From the NCBI GenBank assembly GCA_039096225.1, contig JBBPEB010000005.1, positions 1,240,001 to 1,304,000 on the forward strand: a DNA stretch of 64,000 bases. The letters are read 5' to 3'. The notes beneath the pieces are model-generated. The model had not been told where the DNA came from and searched no databases. It worked only from the letters and a program-made list of their open reading frames with translations. The stretch comes from Blastocystis sp. Blastoise. Lineage: Eukaryota > Protista > Bigyra: Opalinata. The position numbers and the translations under genes were made by a program. This document shows, in pieces, positions 51,354 through 64,000 of the stretch. Within the stretch, counting starts at the first letter, position 1. The number at the start of each line of letters is the position of its first letter.

Positions 51354-52146
51354 GATTTTATTAGCTATTCAAGATCTAGTATATTACAAATAATAGGAAA
51401 AAATACTTTAATAAGGAATATGTTATTTAGATGTAGTGAAAATGAAAAGAAAGAATAAAAGAAACGATTTTTACGATTATATTCGAATACTTTAGTCAAA
51501 TTTAAAAAAACATCACAAACTCCATTTTTTTGACAAAAAACATAAGATTTTTATTTTATAAAAAATAATTTTGCATTTTGTATTTCTATAAAAAATATTA
51601 AATAATTATATAATGTCTTTTAAGTGTATTATATGGATGAAAACAAAATGGTGATGATATAAAATGGATTTAATTTTATGGATTGGAACTATTTAAATTG
51701 ATTTATGATATTTATAAGTAAATAATCAAGCAATTGCATTATTGATGAGTTGAGAATGCCGTAACGAAATATAGAATTGTTTGAATTTAGTGTAATCATA
51801 CAAAAAACAGAGAATTACGTTGTTTGGTCGTGTTTTTATGTTTAAATAAGTTGATATATTGTAAATACTATGATTCAATGTTTTTTTGAAAACTTTACAT
51901 GTTTCTAATCTATTCATACTTCACTATTTATATATTTTTAATGATAATTTGTTATTATTTCGTTATTTTTCTTAATTCATGATCAAAATAGTTATTCAAA
52001 TATAGTTCATATTTTATTAATATATTTAAAAGTCGTATCACTTTTAAAATAACGATTCATTCAACAAACTAAAGATAGAGAATAAATGATAAAAACACAT
52101 ATTATATAATAAAAGAACAGTTGTTTCTATACATATTATATACATA

Positions 52147-53920
52147 TTATTCCATATATAGTGTTTCATCTTCACCTTCTAAAGTGATATCTATAGGTTT
52201 ATTATTATTTGATTTTTGATTGATTGTGGAATTATTCTGTTTCTCTTCATTATTTGATACGTTTGAAGACTCATTTTTTGATTTATTCTTACTAAATATC
52301 TAGAAGAGTATAGGAATAGGTAAATTATTTAATATATTATTATTATTAAATAAATTATTATTATTATTATATTATTATTATATAAATCATTATACAAATT
52401 ATTATTATATTATTATTATTATAAATTATTATTATATTATTATTATATATTTATACAATAAATAATGGTTTTCCTTTGAGTATAAATCCATGTGTAGAAT
52501 CGAGAGCAGCTGCTGCTTTATATTCATCGGGAAATGTCACAAAACACTGATCTTTCAAACGACCTTCTTTTAATAAATGGATTTCTAATTGTCTGTAACA
52601 CATATGATAATAAGTATTATAGAGTATAATCATAAATATAGTTATAATTAGTATATATTACTATAAAATAATTATTAAATAATAATTCTATATTATAATA
52701 AATAAAAGACAAATAAAACAATCGCTATCATTTTAAATAATATAAATTAAAATACTCTTTTGCTTGTTTATCTGTATCAAAGAAACGACCAAATATATAT
52801 AATATATCATCTTCAGTAACTGTCTTTGCAAGATTCTTTATATATAATTTATTACTCACTTCACCAGGAGAATAATTCTGGAATTTGGGAAGAGTGGCTA
52901 TTTCTATATTTATATATATAATTATTATTATTATTCTTTTAAAAGGATAATAATAAATAAAAAAGAATAAAGAATGAATTGAATTTATAATAAAAGTATA
53001 TATAAAAATGAGTAAATAAAAAAAAAAAAAAAAAAAAAATTATATATACCTTCTTTAGAAACAATTCCTGCTTTAATAATATCGTTACTAGCACATGTAC
53101 GTTCTACTTTTGTGTTTTGGAATATTCCCGTGATTATCTTGACATTTGAGGAAGGAGTTATTGTTTTCTTTGTAAATATAGTTGCCATTATTTTTGGTTT
53201 ATTTATAGTATTTGTTGATTCTGAAGTAGAAAGAGGAAGAGAAGGAGAAGAAGTAGAAATGTCTGAAATAGGTTGAGAACTACTGGATAGTGTATTATTT
53301 GTTGTAGAAACAATAGTAGGTGAACTATTCATATCTGATTTATCTATTGTAATTGAAACAGAGGCCATATTAGGACGTTTTGATTGATACGAAGAATTTG
53401 AAGAATTATTATTATCATCATCAGACTCTTTCTCACTCTCATTCTCTGCATAATCATAAGTCTAGTCAATATAATATAAATAGATTAATTATGAAGAAAA
53501 ATAAGAACAACAATAGAATATTTAACAAAAAAAAAGCTATCCTACTCGTTTGATTCCAGAAGATATAGTATCTATAGGATACGGAGGTTGTGGAGTTATA
53601 GATCCAAATGGAGGAGGTAAATTCATCTTATTCATTAAATGACATACTTGTATATAAAACTGAGGTACTGCAATTAAAGCTATTTATATGTATTTTCTTA
53701 TTTATATTTTTATAGAATATAAATATACCATGTGAGATGTTTTTGATAATATCTTCTGATACAGGTGGATATTGATATTCAAGGATTGGATTCGAAACAT
53801 AATTGATTCTAAAGATTCATAGTATAGTTTTTGAATATAGAATGATTTTTAAGATATATTGATAAAAGTAATATACCCTAATTCAGGAGCAATAGGTGCT
53901 GGAGGAGGTAATTGTTGCAT
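52147..53920 (-). CDS. RNPC3: U11/U12 snRNP 65K protein (RNPC3/RBM40), lacking RRM1
   Basis: PIAPELG...LEYQYPP....I.NI.HALIAVPQFYIQVCHLMNKMNLPPPF. C-terminal RRM: FQNYSPGE.SNKLYIKNLAK...IFGRF...LLKEGRLKDQCFVTFP...HGFILKGKP. Confidence 0.9.
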
Positions 53921-54200
53921 AATTTGATTTATGAATAGATTAATGATATAGAGATATTTGTTCTGATAGATTAGAAAGGATATAAAATAAGATAAAATAA
54001 GTAAATGAGTAGAAAAAGTTAAATTTTCAAATAATATTGAATTGTTCTGAAAAGTGTTGAAAAAAAAAGTAGAATTTTGCTGATAATTTCTAAATCTCAC
54101 GAGATTTTGGGGTCAGATTATTGGTTTCCTTTTGTGTCTTTGAAGAGAAATAATTTTTATAAATAATTTCTGTTGAATCGTATCGATATTCATAAAAAAT

Positions 54201-55414
54201 ATGTATAAGCTTCATTGTGTTGTATGTTTATTAGCTTGTATTTGATATTCATGTTGACAATTAGGTACAAAATTATCTTTGGGGAAAGGCTGGACATGAA
54301 AGTCGTGTTGCTTTGTTAAAGCATGCTGATGATGATTCTTATGAAGTTTCAGAAGATAAACATTATGCTGAATATTGGTATATAGATATTATTGAAGGTT
54401 TTGGAATTATTTGAATTGCTTTTATTGTTATTTGAATTGTTTTTTAAATAAATAAATAAAAATATTTTTATAGGTTTGGTACCCATCCTTCAGGACCTTC
54501 TTCTATAGAAGTTGATGGATCTATTATTCCTTTAAAGGAATATTTAAATGTAAATAGTTTTTTTTGTTTTGTTTTATAGTGTTTTGTTATTATTATATTT
54601 ATGTTTATTAGGATATCATTTATTAGTATTATATATATAGAGTCATCCTGAGTTAATGGGAACAAGTATGGGTGAACACGGAGATCTTCCCTTCCTTTAT
54701 AAAGTACTCTCCGTAGGGGCTGCTCTCTCTATTCAAGTATATATATATATTTGTTATTATTATATTATTTATGTTTATTTTGATTAGTTATAATAATTAT
54801 TGAAATAATTATATCATTAAACTCTATTATTTATGAGTGTCTATGATTGTCTATAACTATCCTCTCTCTCTAAATATATATATATATATATATAGGCCCA
54901 TCCCGACAAAGTCTTAGCTAAGCATCTTCATGCCATAAATCCCACTGCTTATACCGATGATAATCATAAGCCAGAAATGGCACTTGCTCTTGGACCCTTT
55001 GAAGCCATGTATATATATTATTATTATTACTTATTATATACTTATTATATACTTATTATTACTTATTATTATTACTACTTATTATTATTATATAGGTGTG
55101 GATTCCGTTGTTTATCTGAAATAGCTGTTTATTTGAAAGAAATTAAACCTTTATATAATATTATTGGAAAAGAAACTGCTGATCGTTTTATTAAAGAAGT
55201 TGAAACCAATTCTGTTTCTGATGAAAAATTATTATTAAAATCTTTATTTAAACAATTTATTGAATGTCCTAAAGAAATAGTATTACAATCCCTCAAGGAA
55301 CATAGAGATTATTTAGAACACAAATCCAATAAATCTCAAATGGAAAACACAATTCTTGAAGTTATGGATACTGTATATATATATTTAGTTATTTATTTAT
55401 TTATTACTATTATG

Positions 55415-55452
<38 letters not shown>

Positions 55453-56123
55453 TATGTTTATTATTATTATTATTATTCTTATTATTATTATTATATGTAG
55501 TATCCTGGAGATGCTGGTTCTTTTGCTCCTTATATTCTCAATTATTTACAATTATCTAAAGGAGATAGTATTTATCTTGGAGCGAATATTCCTCATGCAT
55601 ATCTTAAAGGTATATATAATAATAATTAATATTATTCTTATTTATATATTCTTCTAAAATCAATTAAAATCAATGTTATTATAGTATAATACATTTATAT
55701 ATATATATATACATAGGAGATATTATGGAGAGTATGGCTTGTAGTAATAATGTAGTTCGAGCTGGATTAACTCCTAAATTTATTGATAAAGAAACACTTA
55801 TTAACATGTGTACTTATGAAAATGGTCCTGTAAATATAAATAAGGGTGAATCTATTGATAAATATACTTCTTTATATTCTACTCCTGCTCCTGAATTTGA
55901 AATTGAATATACTCATATACCAAGTGATTCTACATATATTCTTCCTATTCATACTGTTCCTTCTATTTGTGTTGTTACTTCAGGAAATGCTTCTATTCAT
56001 AGTGAAACTGGATCTATGAATATTAAAGAAGGTAGTATATTATTCCATGCTGCTTCTTCTACTGCTACTATCACTACTACTTCAAATCCTATTGATATCT
56101 ATACTACTCATGAAAAGTTATAA
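54201..56123 (+). CDS. MPI: Mannose-6-phosphate isomerase (type I PMI)
   Basis: [97 protein letters not shown]. Confidence 0.97.
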
Positions 56124-56434
56124 ATATTTATATCTTATACATGGTATTTTATAAATAAAAAAAGATTTTGTTGATTATCGTTGATGAAAAAAGAAAATAA
56201 AACACTACAAGTAATAACAATTAATGATAAAGAAAAAAGAAATAGAACTCTTTTACTATATAAAACAATTCAAAATGGTATATAATTATAAAACCAGAAT
56301 GATTCATTAAGTTTCAAGTAGTTCAAAAAAACATAATAATAAAAAAAAATTAATAATAAATATAGTAAATTTTTATTGAAATATAAGAAATTATTTGTTA
56401 GAAATCAAGTACAAAAAAAAAATATTATTTCTTT

Positions 56435-58017
56435 TTACATTTGATTTTTGTTTTGTTCAGTAAGAAGAGGTTTACTTTCAGTAATTTCATCTTTTTCAAT
56501 ATCACTTGGTTGTTCTACAGAAAGAGAAGACACTTTAACATATATATATTAATATAATAATAATAATAATATACCTTTAGCAAGTTTAGTAGCTTTATCC
56601 ATTTCAACACTTCTAATCTATATATATTATATATATAAGAATTGAATAATAATAATAAAATAAAGAATATATACATAAGAATATAAGAAAGATCCAGTAA
56701 GAACAGAAGCACTTCCAATAATCATCTTTAAACCCATAGTTTCACCTCTGAAAATAACAGCACAAATAGATTGTACACAAGCTTTAGCAGTACCTGAAAT
56801 ATTATGAGTAAGAGGAGAAGTAAGCTTAATCTATATATATAAATAATTTTAATAGTTTATATTTAATAATAATAAAATAAAAAAATAAAAATAAAAATAA
56901 TAATAAAAAATAAAAAATAATAATAATAAAAATAATAAATCATTATACTTGAAGAATAGTGACAATACCAATAAGGAAGCCGACAATACCAGCGAAACTC
57001 ATCCAGAACCAGAAAGTAGAAGATTGAAGTACATGAATGTGAGACATAATAATATCATATTCAAAATAGAAAATAAAAGGAATAAATAATACACAAGCAT
57101 TCATATTGTTATAAAAACATAATTTCCATGAATCATTATCGACAACATAAATAAGTTTCTTAGTATAAATACTATTTAAAGAAACGAAAACAGAGCTAAG
57201 AACACCAAATACAGTTCCCCAAAGAGAAAAGACCATTTGTCCATCATTACCAATAAAGAAACCAAAGATAACAACACATAAAGAACAAATTACAGGGAAA
57301 GAAGTCGTAGTATGTAAGAAGAAGAAACTATAATAGTTAATTGAAATAGTATATGACATAATAAAAAAAAAAAAAAAAAAAAAATAAATAAATAAAATAA
57401 ATAAAATAAATAAATAAAAATAAAAAAAAAAAAAATAAATAAATAAATAAATAAAATAAATAAAATAAATAAAAATAAAATAAAAATAAACATACGTAAA
57501 AAGAACGTTGAAGACAATAGTTAATGATCTAGCAATTAAATAGAAGGATACATCGACATATTTTAAGCAAAGATTATTGAATGTAATCATACAAACAAAA
57601 ATAGTAGATAAAGGAAGAATTCTTAAACCAGTAGCAAGATCATAACGTTGAACAGGGAATTGTCCAAGGAAACTTTCTATAAAAAAAGGATATAAATATA
57701 AAAATAAAATAATAAAAAAACAAGAATAAGAGAAAAGCAATTCTCATAAATATATACGCTTAGGTTTTCCTCTTCCAAGTAAACCAAGTAACCAACAAAT
57801 AATGACAGTAATGACACATTGATACCTAATGAATAAAAATTGTTAACAGTAGAAAATAAAATAGGATAGAAATATAAGTATACCAAGTGACAAAGAATGG
57901 TGCAGGAATAGAAGTATTTTCTCCAGTGATAAGGTATTTGTTGACAAAGACCATAGAAATGGAGACAACAAAGTAAGAGAAAACGACAAGAGCGATCTTT
58001 AACTTTTGGGAAAGCAT
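56435..58017 (-). CDS. SLC35C1: GDP-fucose transporter (SLC35C1-like)
   Basis: YFVVSISMVFVNKYL, APFFVTWYQC, MITFNNLCLKYVDVSFYLIARSLTIVFNV, SLNSIYTKK, QIKLTSPLTHNISGTAKACVQ. Confidence 0.92.
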
Positions 58018-60125
58018 CTTTTTTGTTCTGTTAGTATTCAATGTAATAATATAATTTATTAAATTATATATTTTTATAGAGTGTTTTTCCTTAATAAGGA
58101 GAAGAGATTCTTGTAGCCATTCATCCTGATGTTTGTTATTCATAAAAATGTAATAACCATAGGAATCTTCATTTTATCAGAGAATTTTTCAATTCTTTCA
58201 ATTTTTTCAATCTAATTTTCATTCGTCATTGATTTGCTACGGTTATTCTTAAAAAAATGTACAGAAATTCGTCATTTTTTCTTGTTTATGCAAGAAAGAA
58301 GAATAACAAACAATGGCTCTTTGTAAGTCAAAGAGAGTTGAGTATTATTTTGTCGTCATCTTGGTGAAATGTCAGTCTTTACTTGTTTGGTGTATATAGA
58401 ATCACTTGTAGAATGGTGAGTAGTGAACAACACAAACAATGCAAACATTATACTTGGCTTTATAGAAGAAGAAGATCGATAATTTCTAGTTCGTAGTGCT
58501 TAGAAACATGTAAAACGATAGTATAGCATGTATAAAGCGAATAGACGCTGATTTGAATACAATCTCACTGTTTATAGGTTATTTTTATGGTACACTATTT
58601 GTAGAATTAGTTGTTTTAGAGATTAATTTGAATGTAGAAAAGAAGCTTAGATGGTTGAACTGCAGAATCTATCAATTAAATACATTGGCAATTGTATTAG
58701 CATACAATGTGATGAGTCATGATTAATTGAACAATTATTAAGAATTCTATATTTTGTTATGGAGTATGTTCTTGTATATTTCAAACAAACAAGAAATGGT
58801 ATTTGTGTCGTGATCAGCAAATAAATAAATAGATCAAAATAGGTTTTAGTACTTTTTATTGGATGAACGAATAATTCTGTTTTATTTTTATTTAAATTCA
58901 GTTTTTCTCCTATTTTATGTGGGAAACCAAATAGGTGCATCTACTTATTTTATCGTTTTTCTGTATGTAAAAACAATAATATTTAAAATTTTTACAAATA
59001 AATATTATCAATACAAGTCATCACATGAAGCGAATGATATTATGTTGCTCAATTGCGTATCGTCGTGGAATAATAAATAAAAATGAAAAATATTAAAGTT
59101 AGTGCAGAATATCCCCATGAATATAAATAAAATCTATTGTTAATTAATCGGATTATTCGTGATTATTGGAATTTGTCATGACTTTCCATGGAATCCTCAA
59201 ACTAGTTTATTTAATTCCATGATGATATAGAAGTATATAGGATGTTTTCTTTCGTTGTTTCTATAATGGATGTTATGAAAACGGCATTGGAAAAAGTAAA
59301 ATATAAATGAAACAACAATGTGGTTGTAATCCAAGAGCATATATGTGACTAATACTCTTTCTTTATTGAAAATCGATGATTTTCTTTGCGCTGAGCAATA
59401 TATATATGGATATCTTTGTTGAATAAGAATGGTTTTTGCTTGATACGAAAGGTTTTCATAATATTTATTTCAAAATACGTATAATCAAGTGATTTTGATA
59501 TATTTAAATATACAGAAAGATGAATGAATCTAAAAGTATAATGCTTTATTGATATCATGAGCTTAGTACGGCTATTATGTTGGTATTTTATTCTATTTAT
59601 TGTTCAATATTTTTTCAAATAGATGAGATATCAGGATGTATACTGATTGTTGAGGGAAAAATATAAAAAAAGTTGTTTGAATAATAAAATAATTTCTGTT
59701 TTCTACATCCTTGTTGTTGGAGTAATTCAAAAAGAGAATGTAAGGGATTTCTAATCGAAGTAAGAGAACTATTGGTTGAACGTTTTTGTCATTCATTTTT
59801 TTTTCCATTATTGAATCAGTTCTCCAATCATATCGGACTTTTTTAGTTTCTCAATTGACATCCAATCTTTCCAAATAACCGAGATTAATTCATATTTTCT
59901 AATAGAGTATAGTCACTATATTGATTCATGGAAAAACCTATAAATTCAGTCAATGAATTTATTTTAACGTGATTATTTTGAAAAGTGGTTGACAACAAAT
60001 GGAAACATAAATAGCAAGGACTTTTTTTCATATTTAAATTTTTGAATTATAGACGCTTTTTATTATCCAATAATCAAGAATTTATTGATAACTAGTCTCT
60101 ACTTTGAAGAGAATTCAACAGAACA

Positions 60126-62870
<2,745 letters not shown>

Positions 62871-63012
62871 GGATTCTATATATATATATATATATTGCTT
62901 TATTTTCATCATTTTTGAATTTCTGTAGTCTGTGTTTATTTTTCTATTTTATTATTTCTTATTCCTTTATATATAATCATTAATCTTTTATTAAGAACTA
63001 TACGTGATATCC

Positions 63013-63049
<37 letters not shown>

Positions 63050-64000
63050 TATTACTTATTCAATACATGAATGCATTTTTATCTAATTATATCTATTGAT
63101 ATTTATTCTTACTAATTATTTTATTATATATAATTATAATTTATATTTTAAGATTTTTTATTTTATTAGAATTATATATTATTTTCTTATAAAATAAATG
63201 TAATTTATTAAATATTTATATGTATATATATTTTTGGTATATCTATTCTATTTTATCACAATTATATATATATATATATACTTTTTTTTATAAAATTTAT
63301 TTTGATTTATTACTCACTGTCTCCTGTAGTAACTGGATTGTCTTCATACTATATATATATATATATAATAAACTTTAAAAATATATATGTACTTGCTTTT
63401 TGGTTATTTTTATTTTCTTTTTTTCATATTATTATATGTATATTATATGTATATATAATTATAATAATTTTTCTTTTCTTTATTTTCCATTTATATTTGC
63501 TGATACTATATATATATAATTTCTTTTTTAATGATCTTTTTCTTTTGTTTACTATTAAAATACATTATTATTATACCATTTTATAGAATAGAATTTTAAG
63601 TTGATTTTTTCATGTCTATACTATAAATGTTCATAATATATATACTATACTATTGAACATAAAATAACTAATAATAATATATTTACATAGAATTATATTT
63701 CTTTATTATCATCTTATATATATATCTTTTTTATATCATTTTTTGAATTTTTAGTTATTAATATTTATACTATTTTTTTATAACATTTATATATATATAT
63801 ATTCACATATTATATATATTGCTTTATATAATTTCTACATATATATACATAAAAGAATGTATTAACTTATTAACTTATTGTTTTAATCGTATTTACTCTT
63901 TCTTGATGTGTTTTTCTTTAGCTGTGAATACATCTTTTCATAATTGATTTCAATGTAATTGTTTTCCCGTTCTTTTCGGATATACAGTTACATTCGTATA

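Overview
This is a very AT-rich, intron-dense eukaryotic (protist) window. Introns are typically GTATATAT...ATATATAG, so the ORF track breaks most genes into pieces; I re-spliced them by eye. The gene content suggests a low-GC Blastocystis-like stramenopile (inference only). There are two compartments. (1) About 4.7-34.8 kb is an accessory block: a tandemly repeated cassette of [secreted multidomain CBM/Ig/HRM/Cys-rich protein] - [BTB + LRR-like gene] - [BTB-BTB-TLDc gene], with pseudogenes, plus one convergent BTB-LRR-like paralog. (2) The rest is housekeeping genes: NOL9/Grc3, ATE1, organelle-targeted TilS, V-ATPase D, VPS25, XRN2, SAE1, RNPC3 (minor spliceosome 65K), MPI, a GDP-fucose transporter and a PH-domain protein. 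The most notable unexplained signals are: a CpG-cored motif TTCCC(GC/GT/AC)G seen about 15 times in exons, an intron and promoters of the housekeeping compartment only; a symmetric nested inverted-repeat element in the VPS25/XRN2 divergent promoter; a GT-less (AT-AG) XRN2 intron; self-complementary TA-repeat intron ends; and mosaic module exchange between the surface-protein paralogs.
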